Shown here: in pieces, positions 27,519-37,440 of the stretch
Numbering within the stretch: position 1 is the stretch's first letter
Layout of the letters: each line of letters starts with the position of its first letter
Origin: Acidimicrobiia bacterium
GTDB taxonomy: Bacteria > Actinomycetota > Acidimicrobiia > IMCC26256 > PALSA-555
Direction of reading: 5' to 3'
DNA: 64,000 nucleotides
Assembly (NCBI GenBank): GCA_035948415.1
Contig: DASZJD010000036.1
Coordinates: forward strand, 1,034 to 65,033
Notes under the pieces: generated by a model
Database searches by the model: none
Told to the model about the DNA's origin: nothing
What the model saw: only the letters and a program-made list of their open reading frames with translations
Translations under genes and position numbers: made by a program

Positions 27519-28183
27519 GGGCCCTCGTCGAGGAGCGCGGCCACGGCGTCGTGGACGGCCTCGGCCAGCTCGGCCGCGGCCAGCTGGTCGCCGGCCCGGG
27601 TGCCGGGGGGCGGCCCGAGCGGGGCGCCGACGCGGACCCGCCACGGGCGGCCCGGCCACGCCTGCGGGAAGCCGGGGCGCACGGCGACGGGCAGGACGGG
27701 GAAGCCGAGGGTGGCGACGAGGAGGGCGCGAGGCGGCTCGCCGAGCCCGGGCCGCAGCCACGTCGGCCCGAGGGGCGCGGCGGCGAGGTGGCCGGCTCGG
27801 AGCATGGCGGCGACGTCGTCGGCCCGGTAGCCGATGGCGCCGAGGGTGCGGATGGCGTCCCCGATCACCGGCAGCTCGGGCGCGCCCACGACCCGGGTCC
27901 GGCGCCCGGCCGCGGCCCGGACGGCGCGGACGACGGCGAGGGGCTCGAGGATCCCGAGGCCTCGGTTGGCGACGAGCAGCGCCGGCCCCCGGTCGGGGAC
28001 CCGCTCGCCGTGCTCGACCACGACCGGGAGCGGGAACAGCGGGGCGACGAGGTCCATGAGGTGCGGGTCGCCGCCGAACTCGTCGACCGCGTACCGGCCG
28101 GCGAGCCGGCGGCGCAGCGCGTCGGGCAGCGATTCGGTGGCGAGCACCCGGTCGGTGTCGAGGCCGTAGTTCGCGGCGCTCAC
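27515..28183 (-). CDS. PlsC-like acyltransferase-fold protein with a degenerate HX4D motif
   Basis: GTG 28183 forms a GTGA overlap. VPDRGPALLVANRGLGILEP sits where the family has NHxSxxD. The position downstream of an epimerase matches the mycobacterial galE2/acyltransferase pair. Confidence 0.5.
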   Translation of the reverse strand: MSAANYGLDTDRVLATESLPDALRRRLAGRYAVDEFGGDPHLMDLVAPLFPLPVVVEHGERVPDRGPALLVANRGLGILEPLAVVRAVRAAAGRRTRVVGAPELPVIGDAIRTLGAIGYRADDVAAMLRAGHLAAAPLGPTWLRPGLGEPPRALLVATLGFPVLPVAVRPGFPQAWPGRPWRVRVGAPLGPPPGTRAGDQLAAAELAEAVHDAVAALLDEGP

Positions 28184-29148
28184 GCCACCACCGCTTGGCG
28201 GGCCGGCTCCAGCCGGGTGACCGTCGCCCACGTGAAGAGGTCGGCGAGGACGTCCTGGGTGGGCCGCAGCGCGCCGAGGCCGAGCTCGGCGACGCCGCGG
28301 GCGCCGTCGGCGATGCGGCCCCGGCGGAGCAGCTCCAGGACGTGCGGGGGGATCGGCGCGCCGGCGAACTCGGCGACGCGGGCGGCGACCCGCCACCCCG
28401 AGCCGAGCACCGGCACCGGGACCCGGCCGCCCCGACGGACCGCCTGCCACGGGCTGGCGGCGCCCGGGCCGACGACGTTGTGCGGGCCCTCGACGTCGCG
28501 CACGACCGCCTCGACCATCGCGCGCGCGGCGTCGTCCTGGTGGAGGAGGGCGAACGGCGGGTCGCTGAGCGCCGGGACGGGCACGGCGGGGAGCCGCAGC
28601 ACCCGGGCGAGCGGGCTCGGCGCGTGGGAACCGGCCACCACGGCGCAGCGCACGGCGCCGAACCGGACGTCGTGCCGACGGCCGATGCCGGCGGCGAGCT
28701 GCTCGACCTCGAGGCACAGGCGCCCGTACGGCGTGGTCGGGGCGAGGGGCGCCCCCTCGTCGGGGACGAGCGGGTGACCGCGGCCTCGGCCGTAGACCTC
28801 GAGGCCGCTCCGCACCACGATCCGCTCGAGGCGCCCGGCCCGGACCGCGGCGCCGAGCGCGTGCACGGTGCAGGCCTCGGTGCTGGCGGCCGCCTCCCCC
28901 GCGCCCATGCGGGCGTCCGGCTCGTAGACGCCCGCGTGGGCGACGACGTCGGGGGCGAACTCGGTGACGAAGGCGACGGTCCGGTCCCGATCGCGGGGGT
29001 CGATGCGCCGGAACGTGGCGGCGCCGAGGCGGCGGCGCGGGGGCATGAAGTCGAAGCCCGCCACCTCCTCGACGTCGTCGCGCGCCTCGAGGAGCTGGGT
29101 CACGCGGGTCCCCATCACGCCACCCATGCCGGTCACGAGCACGCGCAT
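28180..29148 (-). CDS. NAD-dependent epimerase/dehydratase family protein
   Basis: ATG 29148 gives MRVLVTGMGGVMGTRV (Rossmann GxxGxxG). It overlaps the lysS stop by 1 nt. Confidence 0.75.
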   Translation of the reverse strand: MRVLVTGMGGVMGTRVTQLLEARDDVEEVAGFDFMPPRRRLGAATFRRIDPRDRDRTVAFVTEFAPDVVAHAGVYEPDARMGAGEAAASTEACTVHALGAAVRAGRLERIVVRSGLEVYGRGRGHPLVPDEGAPLAPTTPYGRLCLEVEQLAAGIGRRHDVRFGAVRCAVVAGSHAPSPLARVLRLPAVPVPALSDPPFALLHQDDAARAMVEAVVRDVEGPHNVVGPGAASPWQAVRRGGRVPVPVLGSGWRVAARVAEFAGAPIPPHVLELLRRGRIADGARGVAELGLGALRPTQDVLADLFTWATVTRLEPARQAVVA

Positions 29149-30686
29149 CAGCCGCTCCCCCCTTCTCCGCCAGTCTCGCCCGCCTCGGGCCGCAGCTGGG
29201 GGAACAGGATGACCTCCCGGATCGTCGACACGCCCGCGACCAGCATGACGAGCCGGTCGACGCCGACGCCGAGCCCGCCGCAGGGCGGGAGCCCGTACTC
29301 GAGGGCCCGGATGTAGTCCTCGTCGACCCCGTGGGCCTCGTCGTCGCCGGCTGCGGCCAGCCGGGCCTGGGCCTCGAAGCGCTGGCGCTGGTCGACGGGG
29401 TCGTTGAGCTCGCTGAAGGCGTTGGCGATCTCCCGACCGAGCGCGACGACCTCGAAGCGCTCGACGAGGTCCGGGTCGTCGGGGCGGGCCCGGGCGAGCG
29501 GCGAGACCTCGCGCGGGTAGTCGGTGACGAACACCGGTCCGACGAGGCGAGGCTCGACCGTCTTCTCGTAGAGCTCCAGCACGAGCTTGCCCGGTCCCCA
29601 CCCGGGCTGGCGGGGCACCTCGAGGCGGTCGCAGATCGCGGCCAGCTCGTCGGCCGGCATCGACGGGTGCACGTCGACGCCGGCGTGCTCGCGTATCAGG
29701 TCGAGCATGGGGCGGCGGGGCCACGGCGGGGCCAGGTCGAGCCGCTCGTCGCCGACGGTGACCGTGGTCGAGCCGGTGGCGGCGAGGGCGCACGCGGCGA
29801 CGAGGTCCTCGGTCAGCGTCGCCATGTCGCGGTAGTCGGCGTACGCCTGGTACAGCTCGAGCATCGTGAACTCGGGGTTGTAGCGGGTCCCCAGGCCCTC
29901 GTTCCGAAAGACGCGCCCGATCTCGAAGACCCGCTCGTAGCCGCCGACGAGGAGCCGCTTGAGGTGCAGCTCCAGGGCGACGCGCAGCGTCAGCGGCAGG
30001 TCGAGGGCGTTGTGGTAGGTCGTGAACGGTCTCGCTGTCGCGCCACCGGCCTGGGTCTGCAGGACCGGGGTCTCCACCTCCAGGAAGCCGAGCGCGGTGA
30101 GGAACTCGCGGATCGTGGCGATGACCGAGAAGCGGATGGCGAAGATCCGCCGGGCCTCGTCGTTCGCGATGAGGTCGACGTATCGCATCCGAAAGCGGGC
30201 GTCGACGTCGCTCAGGCCGTGCCACTTCGACGGCAGCGGCCGCAGCGCCTTGGCGAGCAGCTCGAACCGGCGCACCTTCACCGACAGCTCGCCGCGCCTG
30301 GTGCGCAGGACCAGACCCTCGGCGCCGACCCAGTCGCCGAGGTCCAGGGCGCCGAAGCCGGCGTGGGCGGCGGCGCCGAGCTCGCCCTCGGAGACGAAGA
30401 GCTGGATCGTGCCCGTGCCGTCGCGCAGCGTCGCGAACGTGAGCTTGCCCTGGCGGCGGATCAGCAGCAGTCGCCCGGCGACCCGGACGACGTCGTCGGT
30501 CTCGCCGCCCGGCTCCAGGTCGTCCCAGTGCTCGTGGAGCTCGGCGGCGGTGTGGGTCCGGTCGAAGCGCACCGGGTAGGGGTCGACGCCCTCGGCGCGC
30601 AGCGCCTCGAGCTTGCCGAGCCGCCGGCGGCGCTCGTCCCCGACGTGGTCGTCGCCCGCCGGCGGCTCGTCGCGCGGCTGGCTCAT
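29148..30686 (-). CDS. lysS: lysine--tRNA ligase (class II)
   Basis: ATG 30686 forms an ATGA overlap with the coaX stop. It has an OB-fold N-domain (VRVAGRLLLIRRQGKLTFATLRDGTG) and motif 2 (FRNEGLGTRYNPEFTMLE). Confidence 0.93.
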   Translation of the reverse strand: MSQPRDEPPAGDDHVGDERRRRLGKLEALRAEGVDPYPVRFDRTHTAAELHEHWDDLEPGGETDDVVRVAGRLLLIRRQGKLTFATLRDGTGTIQLFVSEGELGAAAHAGFGALDLGDWVGAEGLVLRTRRGELSVKVRRFELLAKALRPLPSKWHGLSDVDARFRMRYVDLIANDEARRIFAIRFSVIATIREFLTALGFLEVETPVLQTQAGGATARPFTTYHNALDLPLTLRVALELHLKRLLVGGYERVFEIGRVFRNEGLGTRYNPEFTMLELYQAYADYRDMATLTEDLVAACALAATGSTTVTVGDERLDLAPPWPRRPMLDLIREHAGVDVHPSMPADELAAICDRLEVPRQPGWGPGKLVLELYEKTVEPRLVGPVFVTDYPREVSPLARARPDDPDLVERFEVVALGREIANAFSELNDPVDQRQRFEAQARLAAAGDDEAHGVDEDYIRALEYGLPPCGGLGVGVDRLVMLVAGVSTIREVILFPQLRPEAGETGGEGGSG

Positions 30687-31492
30687 CGGTTGCGCTCGAA
30701 GACGATCCGCAGTCCCTGGAGGGTGAGCCACGGCTCGTAGTGCTGGATGGTCCGGGAGTGCTCGATGATCGGGTCGGCGAGGCCGCCGGTGGCGACCACC
30801 GTGCACTCGCCGAGCTCGGCCTCGAAGCGGTCGACGAGGGCGTCGACCTGGCCGCTGAAGCCGTAGACGCAGCCGGACTGGATCGACTCGACGGTGGACT
30901 TGCCGATCACGTGACGGGGCGCGACGAGCTCGACCCGGCGGAGAGCGGCGGCGCGAGCGAAGAGGGCGTCCATCGAGATCTCGATGCCGGGGAAGATGGC
31001 GCCACCGAGGTACTCCCCGTGCTCGCTCACCGCCTCGATGGTGTTCGCGGTTCCGAAGTCGACGACGATCGACGGACCGCCGTAGAGGTCGTAGGCGGCG
31101 ACGGCGTTGGCGATGCGATCGGGGCCGACCTCCTTCGGGTTGTCGTAGAGGATCGGCATCCCGGTGCGGACGCCCGGTTCGAGAACGAGGGCCGGGAAGC
31201 CGAAGTAGCGGGCGGTCATGGCGCGGAGCTCGGCGGTGACGCTGGGGACTCCCGAGGAGATCGCGACCCCGTCGATCGAGCCCCCCTCGAGTCCGGGGCC
31301 GCGAGCGCCGCGCGGGCCGGGCTCGGTCTGCAGGCTGAAGCCGTGGAAGCCGAGGAACTGCTGGACCATGAGGGCGAGCTCGTCGGCCGTGCGCTCGACG
31401 ACCGTGCCGATGCGCCAGTGGTCGGTGAGCTCGTTGCCCTTGAAGAGCCCGATGACGGTCTGGGTGTTGCCGGCGTCGATGGTGAGGAGCAT
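30683..31492 (-). CDS. coaX: type III pantothenate kinase
   Basis: It begins MLLTIDAGNTQTVIGLF and also has VVDFGTANT. It overlaps the nadC stop by 1 nt. Confidence 0.9.
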   Translation of the reverse strand: MLLTIDAGNTQTVIGLFKGNELTDHWRIGTVVERTADELALMVQQFLGFHGFSLQTEPGPRGARGPGLEGGSIDGVAISSGVPSVTAELRAMTARYFGFPALVLEPGVRTGMPILYDNPKEVGPDRIANAVAAYDLYGGPSIVVDFGTANTIEAVSEHGEYLGGAIFPGIEISMDALFARAAALRRVELVAPRHVIGKSTVESIQSGCVYGFSGQVDALVDRFEAELGECTVVATGGLADPIIEHSRTIQHYEPWLTLQGLRIVFERNR

Positions 31493-32355
31493 CAGGGGCT
31501 CGGTGTCGGCTCGAGGTCGAGCGCGAGGTCGAGCGCCGGTGCCGACTGGGTGATCGCGCTGGTGGAGATGAGGTCGGCCCCGGCCCCGGCGTAGGCCGCG
31601 ACGTCGTCGAGCGTCACGCCGCCCGACACCTCGACCGGCGTGTCGGGGCGGGAGCTCCCCCGCACCACCGCGACGCACTCGGCCACCTCGGCGGGGCTGA
31701 GGTTGTCGAGCATGACGAGGTCGGCGCCCGCCTGCACGGCGTCCCGGACCTGCTCGGCGCGGTCGCACTCGACCTCGACGCCGCGGCCGGGCCATTGGGC
31801 CCGGGCCCGGGCCACCGCCTCGCCGATCCCGAGCCCGACGAGGTGGTTGTCCTTGACGAGGACGAGGTCCGAGAGCGAGCCCCGGTGGTTGAGGCCGCCA
31901 CCGGCGCGCACGGCCGCCTTCTCGAGGGCCCGCAGGCCCGGGAGGGTCTTGCGGGTGTCCCAGACCCGGGCGCGCGTCCCGGCGGCGACCGCGAACCGGC
32001 GGGTGAGCGTGGCCACGCCCGAGAGGTGGCACAGGAAGTTCAGGGCCGTGCGCTCGCCGGTGAGGACGCTCGGCAGCGGGCCGTCGACGGTGGCGACGGT
32101 CGTCCCCGGCTCGAGGTCGGCGCCGTCGCAGCGGCGCCAGGCCACGGTCACGTCGGGGTCGAGCTGGGCCCAGGTCTCGGTCGCGCAGGCCTGGCCCGCG
32201 AGCACGCCCGGCGCGCGCGCCACGACGCTGCCCCGCGCGTGGGCGTCGGCCGGCACCAGGGCTGCGGTCAGGTCGCCGAGCGGCCCCAGGTCCTCGGCGA
32301 TCGCCCGCGCGACGGCGTCGCGCACCTCGTGCCGCGGCGGGTCGAGCGCGCTCAT
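31492..32355 (-). CDS. nadC: nicotinate-nucleotide diphosphorylase (carboxylating)
   Basis: QPRTase family features are GERTALNFLCHLSGVAT and a VLVKDNH-type motif. It overlaps nadB by 4 nt. Confidence 0.9.
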   Translation of the reverse strand: MSALDPPRHEVRDAVARAIAEDLGPLGDLTAALVPADAHARGSVVARAPGVLAGQACATETWAQLDPDVTVAWRRCDGADLEPGTTVATVDGPLPSVLTGERTALNFLCHLSGVATLTRRFAVAAGTRARVWDTRKTLPGLRALEKAAVRAGGGLNHRGSLSDLVLVKDNHLVGLGIGEAVARARAQWPGRGVEVECDRAEQVRDAVQAGADLVMLDNLSPAEVAECVAVVRGSSRPDTPVEVSGGVTLDDVAAYAGAGADLISTSAITQSAPALDLALDLEPTPSP

Positions 32356-33929
32356 CGGGTCGGAGCCGGCTCGGGTAGGTGTACGAAGCTTGGGTCAGGG
32401 TCGGCGCCGAACACGAACCGGCCGAGGAAGGCGGCGTCGGGGTCCGGGAAGTCGAGCCGGGTGTGCGTGCCGCGCGACTCCTCGCGGGCCTGCGCCGCCT
32501 CGACGAGGGCGAGGCTGACCGTGCGCAGGTTCGCGACCTCGCGGTCCGCGGGCGCCATCGCCTCCAGCGCGGTCCGGGCTCGCTCCAAGCTGGCGGCGTC
32601 GCGCACCACGCCGGCCTCGCGGGTCATCACCCGCTGGAGCGCGGCGCGCCCGGCGCCCGCCGGCGACGGCGTGGGCGCGGCTGGGGTCCGAGGCGTCGGA
32701 GGCTCGACGCCGCGCAGCACGCCGGTGTCGTCGGCGTGGTCCTTGCCGGCGAGGATGGCGTCCACGCAGCGGGTGCCGAAGACGAGCCCGTCGAGCAGCG
32801 AGTTCGACGCCAGGCGGTTCGCGCCGTGCACCCCCGAGCAGGCCACCTCGCCGCAGGCCCAGAGACGGGGCAGCGTGGTCGCCCCGTCCAGGTCGGTGCA
32901 TACCCCACCCGAGAGGTAGTGGGCGGCGGGGGCCACGGGCAGCCAGTCGGTGGCGGGGTCGAGGCCGACGGCGGCGCTGGCGCGCGCCACGGTCGGGAAC
33001 CGCGTCGAGACGTTCGGGATGGCGGTGGCGTCGAGCCACAGGTGCGGCAGGTCCGCCTCGTTCAGGCGGCGGGTGATGGCGCGCGCCACGACGTCTCGAG
33101 GCGCGAGGTCGGCGCGCGGATCCTCGCTGGCCATGAAGGCCTGGCCCCGCTCGTCGCGCAGCACCGCGCCCTCGCCGCGCATGGCCTCGGAGAGCAACGG
33201 CCGCGGCATCGACGGGTGGTCGAGCGCGGTGGGATGGAACTGCATGAACTCGACGTCGGCGACCGCGACCGCGGATCGCAGGGCCATCGCGATGCCGTCC
33301 CCGGTCGACAGGAGCGGGTTGGTCGTGACCGCGAAGCACTGGCCGGCACCGCCCGTGGCCAGCACGGTGTGACGGGCGCGCACCTCGTGCTCGACGCCGT
33401 CGGGGTCGGTGGCGCGCACGCCCGCGGCGCGGCCGTCGGCGACGAGCAGGTCGAGCGCGAACCAGCGCTCGAGGACCGTCGCCGAGACCTGGCCGAGGGC
33501 GGTGACGAGCGCCCGCTCGATCTCGGCGCCGGTGGCGTCGCCGCCGGCGTGCACGACCCTGGCGACCGAGTGGCCGCCCTCGCGGGTGTAGGCGAGGTGG
33601 CGGCTCGAGGCCCGGTCGAACTCGGCGCCGAGCCTCATGAGCTCGCGGACCCGCGTCGGGCCCTCGGTGACGAGGACCCGCACGGCGTCGACGTCGCAGA
33701 GGCCGGCGCCGGCCGAGATCGTGTCCGAGAGGTGCAGCGCCGGGGAGTCGACGTCGTCCTCGAGGGCGGCCGCGACGCCGCCCTGCGCGTACTGGGTCGC
33801 CGACGACGCCAGCGCCGCCTTCGTGAGGACGGTGACGACGCAGCCGCCGCGTGCGGCGCGGATCGCCGCCGAGAGGCCGGCGACGCCGCTGCCGAGGACG
33901 AGGAGGTCGACCTCGGGCCGGGTGGGCAT
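32352..33929 (-). CDS. nadB: L-aspartate oxidase
   Basis: It has the FAD dinucleotide fold (DLLVLGSGVAGLSAA) and succinate dehydrogenase/fumarate reductase-type flavoprotein motifs. Confidence 0.92.
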   Translation of the reverse strand: MPTRPEVDLLVLGSGVAGLSAAIRAARGGCVVTVLTKAALASSATQYAQGGVAAALEDDVDSPALHLSDTISAGAGLCDVDAVRVLVTEGPTRVRELMRLGAEFDRASSRHLAYTREGGHSVARVVHAGGDATGAEIERALVTALGQVSATVLERWFALDLLVADGRAAGVRATDPDGVEHEVRARHTVLATGGAGQCFAVTTNPLLSTGDGIAMALRSAVAVADVEFMQFHPTALDHPSMPRPLLSEAMRGEGAVLRDERGQAFMASEDPRADLAPRDVVARAITRRLNEADLPHLWLDATAIPNVSTRFPTVARASAAVGLDPATDWLPVAPAAHYLSGGVCTDLDGATTLPRLWACGEVACSGVHGANRLASNSLLDGLVFGTRCVDAILAGKDHADDTGVLRGVEPPTPRTPAAPTPSPAGAGRAALQRVMTREAGVVRDAASLERARTALEAMAPADREVANLRTVSLALVEAAQAREESRGTHTRLDFPDPDAAFLGRFVFGADPDPSFVHLPEPAPTR

Positions 33930-33940
33930 GACGGGCGAGC

Positions 33941-34330
33941 CTACGACGCTCGTTCGCCGCCCTCCCCGTCGATGGCGGCGAGCGTCGGCGCGACGATGCG
34001 GTTGCGTTCGTCGACGTGGACGACCGTCGGCTCGTAGCCCTCCAGCTCGGCCTGGTCGTAGGTGGCGTAGCTGATCACGATGACCCGGTCACCGGTGTGC
34101 ACGAGGCGGGCCGCGGCGCCGTTGAGGACCACGGCGCCGGGGCCGCCACGGATCGCGTAGGTCTCGAACCGGGCGCCGTTGTCGAGGTCGAGGACGTGCA
34201 CCTGCTCGTGCTCGAGGATGTCGGCCGCCTCCATCAGCGCGGCGTCAAGCGTGATCGACCCGACGTAGTTGAGGTCGGCGCCGGTCACCGTGGCGCGGTG
34301 GATCTTCGACTTCATCATGGTGCGCTGCAT
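33941..34330 (-). CDS. panD: aspartate 1-decarboxylase
   Basis: The motif [25 protein letters not shown] contains the G-S self-processing site. Confidence 0.95.
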   Translation of the reverse strand: MQRTMMKSKIHRATVTGADLNYVGSITLDAALMEAADILEHEQVHVLDLDNGARFETYAIRGGPGAVVLNGAAARLVHTGDRVIVISYATYDQAELEGYEPTVVHVDERNRIVAPTLAAIDGEGGERAS

Positions 34331-35229
34331 CAGGCGCGCTGCTCCTCTGCGACGGCGCCGAGGTCGATGTCGACCGAGGCGCCCGTCGCCGTCATCCGCA
34401 CGTTGTCGATGAGGTGGGTGGCGCCGACGTACGCCGCCACCGCCAGCACGAGCTCGCCCTCGACCCGGGGCGCCGGCTCGATCGTCTGGGCGTCGACGAG
34501 CTCGGCGTAGTCGAGTCGCACGCCGGGCTCGGCCGCGATCGTGGCTGCAGCCGCATCGCGGATCGCGGCCGCGTCACGCACGCCGTCCCCCGCCGCGTCC
34601 GCCGCCGCGCGCAGCGCCCGGTGCAGGACGGTGGCGGCGCGCCGCTCGTTGTCGTCGAGGTAGGCGTTGCGACTCGACAGGGCGAGCCCGTCGGCGGCGC
34701 GGACCAGCGGACACCCGACGACGGTGACGGCCAGGTTCAGGTCGGCGACGAGCCGGCGGACGACCGCCAGCTGCTGGGCGTCCTTCCGGCCGAAGTACGC
34801 GCGGCAGGGCCCGACGATCGAGAACAGCTTCGCGACGACGGTGGCGACGCCGTCGAAGTGCGACGGGCGACTACGCCCGCAGAGCCGGGCGGTGAGCCCG
34901 TCGACGTGCACCGTCGTGCGGGCGCCGTTCGGGTACATGGCGACGACGGTGGGCACGAAGAGCACGTCGACACCCTCGGCCGCGGCCACGGCGGTGTCGG
35001 TCTCGAGGTCACGTGGGTAGGCCTCGAGGTCCTCGCCCGGCCCGAACTGGGTGGGGTTCACGAAGAGGCTGACGACGACGAGGTCGGCGTCGGCGCGGGC
35101 GGCGCGCATGAGCGACCGGTGGCCGGCGTGAAAGCCGCCCATGGTCGGGACGAGGGCGACGCCGCGACCGGCGGCTCGGGCGTCGGCGCAGCAGCGGCGG
35201 ACGTCGTCGACGTCCGTGAGCGTGATCAC
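34330..35229 (-). CDS. panC: pantoate--beta-alanine ligase
   Basis: GTG 35229 forms a GTGA overlap. The HxGH motif lies in [13 protein letters not shown]. It overlaps the panD start by 1 nt. Confidence 0.92.
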   Translation of the reverse strand: MITLTDVDDVRRCCADARAAGRGVALVPTMGGFHAGHRSLMRAARADADLVVVSLFVNPTQFGPGEDLEAYPRDLETDTAVAAAEGVDVLFVPTVVAMYPNGARTTVHVDGLTARLCGRSRPSHFDGVATVVAKLFSIVGPCRAYFGRKDAQQLAVVRRLVADLNLAVTVVGCPLVRAADGLALSSRNAYLDDNERRAATVLHRALRAAADAAGDGVRDAAAIRDAAAATIAAEPGVRLDYAELVDAQTIEPAPRVEGELVLAVAAYVGATHLIDNVRMTATGASVDIDLGAVAEEQRA

Positions 35230-36041
35230 GCGAGAACCTCGCGGAGCGGCGGCTCGTCGCGGCCCGCCAGTCGGAGGGCAGCGTCGGCGAGGGCGCGGTA
35301 GGCGCGCTGCTCGTCCGCTCCGATCGCGTCCAGGTGGCGCCCGACGGTCTCGACGTCGCCGCGCGACACCGGTCCCGTCAGCGCGGCGGCGGGACCCTCG
35401 GCCCAGGCGTGGTCGACGCTCCGCCGCACGAGGGGCTCGAAGGCGGCGAAGGGCACGCCGGCCCGCGCTGCGAGCCGCTCGACCTGCCCGAGCAGCGCGA
35501 CGAGGTGGTTCGAGGCGACCGCGGCGGCGGCGTGATAGGCAGCCCGTCGATCGTCGCCGATCGGGAAGGGCCGCAGCCCGAGCTCGAGCGCCAGGTGCCG
35601 CACCGCGGGCGGTCCGGCCACGGCCGCCCACGCGCCGGCGAGGGCGTCGCCCGGGCCGGTCAGGGTCTGGAGCGGGTGCAACGCCCCGAGCGCGACGTCG
35701 GGCCGGACGGCGGCGATCGGGGACAGCGCGTCGACGCCGACGGCACCCGCGAGGTGGACGACGAGGCCGGCGGGCGCGAGCCCGGGCGCCAGCTCCGCCG
35801 CCGCGTCGGCGATGGCGGCGTCGGGCGTGGCGACGATGACGACACCGGCCTCACGGCCGGCGGCGCCCACCGCGGTGGCGCGGGCGCCGAGGCGGCGGGC
35901 CACCTGGCGCGCCGACGACGACCCGGGCCGGCCGGCGACGGCCACGCAGCGGTACCCGGCCGCGAGCAGGCCCGCGGCGACCGCGGTGCCGGCCCGACCG
36001 GGCCCGACGAGGGCGAACCCGCGCCGTCTGGTCTCGTGCAT
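35226..36041 (-). CDS. Rossmann-like DUF2520 domain protein (putative oxidoreductase of the pantothenate locus)
   Basis: It has a GFALVGPGRAGTAV dinucleotide fold. Its position upstream of panC matches mycobacterial Rv3603c-type genes. Confidence 0.6.
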   Translation of the reverse strand: MHETRRRGFALVGPGRAGTAVAAGLLAAGYRCVAVAGRPGSSSARQVARRLGARATAVGAAGREAGVVIVATPDAAIADAAAELAPGLAPAGLVVHLAGAVGVDALSPIAAVRPDVALGALHPLQTLTGPGDALAGAWAAVAGPPAVRHLALELGLRPFPIGDDRRAAYHAAAAVASNHLVALLGQVERLAARAGVPFAAFEPLVRRSVDHAWAEGPAAALTGPVSRGDVETVGRHLDAIGADEQRAYRALADAALRLAGRDEPPLREVLA

Positions 36042-36082
36042 CGGACCTCTCGATCCAGCCCCCAGGCGGGGTGCCGGTCGAT

Positions 36083-36562
36083 TCAGGACTCCCCCAAGAC
36101 TAGATCGGTGCGCCGGACCCCCGGCCAGCCGCCCGGGGGGGCCGCCCCGGCCGCGGCCGGGTCGAGGTCCCGGAGGGGGGCGAGCACGAAGCCGCGTTCG
36201 TGGAGGCGGGGGTGAGGGACCTCGAGGTCGGGCTCGTCGACGTGCTCGGCGCCGACGAGCAGCACGTCGACGTCGAGGGTGCGCGGGCCGAAGCGCTCGG
36301 CCCGCCGGCGGCGGGCGCGCCGCTCGAGCGCTTGGGCGAGCTCGAGCAGCGCCCGGGGGCCGAGCTGCGTGTCGAGCGCGACGACCGCGTTGAGGTAGTC
36401 GGGCTGCGGCGGGCCGCCGACCGGGGCGGTCTCGTAGACCGGCGACACGGCGGCGACGGTCACGCCGGGTGCGTCGCCGAGGCCGCGCACGGCGGCGCGC
36501 AGGTGCCCGAGCCGGTCACCGAGGTTCGACCCGATCCCGACGTACGCGCGCCGGACCGTCAC
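36083..36562 (-). CDS. folK: 2-amino-4-hydroxy-6-hydroxymethyldihydropteridine diphosphokinase
   Basis: GTG 36562 forms a GTGA overlap with the folB stop. Motifs are AYVGIGSNLGDR and RTLDVDVLL. Confidence 0.9.
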   Translation of the reverse strand: MTVRRAYVGIGSNLGDRLGHLRAAVRGLGDAPGVTVAAVSPVYETAPVGGPPQPDYLNAVVALDTQLGPRALLELAQALERRARRRRAERFGPRTLDVDVLLVGAEHVDEPDLEVPHPRLHERGFVLAPLRDLDPAAAGAAPPGGWPGVRRTDLVLGES

Positions 36563-36909
36563 CGCTCGATGCGGACGGCCACGTGCTCGACCATGGCCCG
36601 GACCGGCGGCTGCAGCTTCCGGACGGTCACCGCCACGGCCAGGACCCGCTCGTCGACGCGGCACACCTCGGCGATGCGGGTGGCCAGGCGCTCGAGGAGC
36701 TGGTACCGCTCGGACCGGACGACGCGGCTGACCGCTTCCGCGACCGCCGAGTAGTCGACCGTGTGCTCGAGGGCGTCGGTCTCACCGGCTTGTGACACGT
36801 CGACGCTGAGCTCGACGTCCACCTCGAACGGCTGGGGCCGGGTCTGCTCTTCGGACAGCACCCCGTGCACGCCCAGCTCTCGCAACCCGGCAATCACGAT
36901 CCGGTCCAT
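36559..36909 (-). CDS. folB: dihydroneopterin aldolase
   Basis: The family pattern is GVHGVLSEEQTRPQPFEVDVEL ... TVDYSAV. Confidence 0.88.
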   Translation of the reverse strand: MDRIVIAGLRELGVHGVLSEEQTRPQPFEVDVELSVDVSQAGETDALEHTVDYSAVAEAVSRVVRSERYQLLERLATRIAEVCRVDERVLAVAVTVRKLQPPVRAMVEHVAVRIER

Positions 36910-36912
36910 CGC

Positions 36913-37440
36913 TCAGGTGGGGCGCGCCCCGGCGCCGGCGAGACCCTCGTCCATGGTGGCGGCCACCACCTCGCGTCCCGGGGCGCCGAGCTGACGGCCG
37001 GTGAGCTTCTCGATGAGCACGATGGCGTGCGAGCCGTCTCGCACCACGCCGGCGAAGAGGAGGTAGCCGGCGAGCACGCCCAGCAGTCGCTCCCCGAACT
37101 CCTCGTGGTGGATGAGCACCCGCTCGGCCGGGTCGTCGAGCCACTTCTTCAGGGTCGTGTAGATCACCGGGAGCCGGGCCGGCCACTCGTCGTGGCGGCC
37201 GAGGGGCAGGTGCTCGTAGGCGATGGCGGCCTCGTCGTAGGCGTGGAGGTTGTGGGGCGACTCGAGCAAGGAGAGCACGTGCGTGAACCCGTTGCCGGCC
37301 AGCCAGATCAGCTCCTCCTGCCGCCGAACCTTCCGGTGGTTGCGGGCGAAGCCGCCGGGCCGCTCCGAGGCCGCCAGCCGGTCCTTGATGACCCACGTGA
37401 ACCCGCGGGGCTCGAGGCCCTGCGCCCAGCGCCCGCGCAC
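36913..37440 (-). CDS. dual-specificity-phosphatase-fold protein with a His in place of the catalytic Cys
   Basis: VLIHHEEFGERLLGVLAGYLL aligns to the VHCxxGxxRS P-loop, giving HX5R instead of CX5R. It is wedged between folP (1-nt overlap) and folB (3-nt gap). Confidence 0.5.
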   Translation of the reverse strand: MRGRWAQGLEPRGFTWVIKDRLAASERPGGFARNHRKVRRQEELIWLAGNGFTHVLSLLESPHNLHAYDEAAIAYEHLPLGRHDEWPARLPVIYTTLKKWLDDPAERVLIHHEEFGERLLGVLAGYLLFAGVVRDGSHAIVLIEKLTGRQLGAPGREVVAATMDEGLAGAGARPT

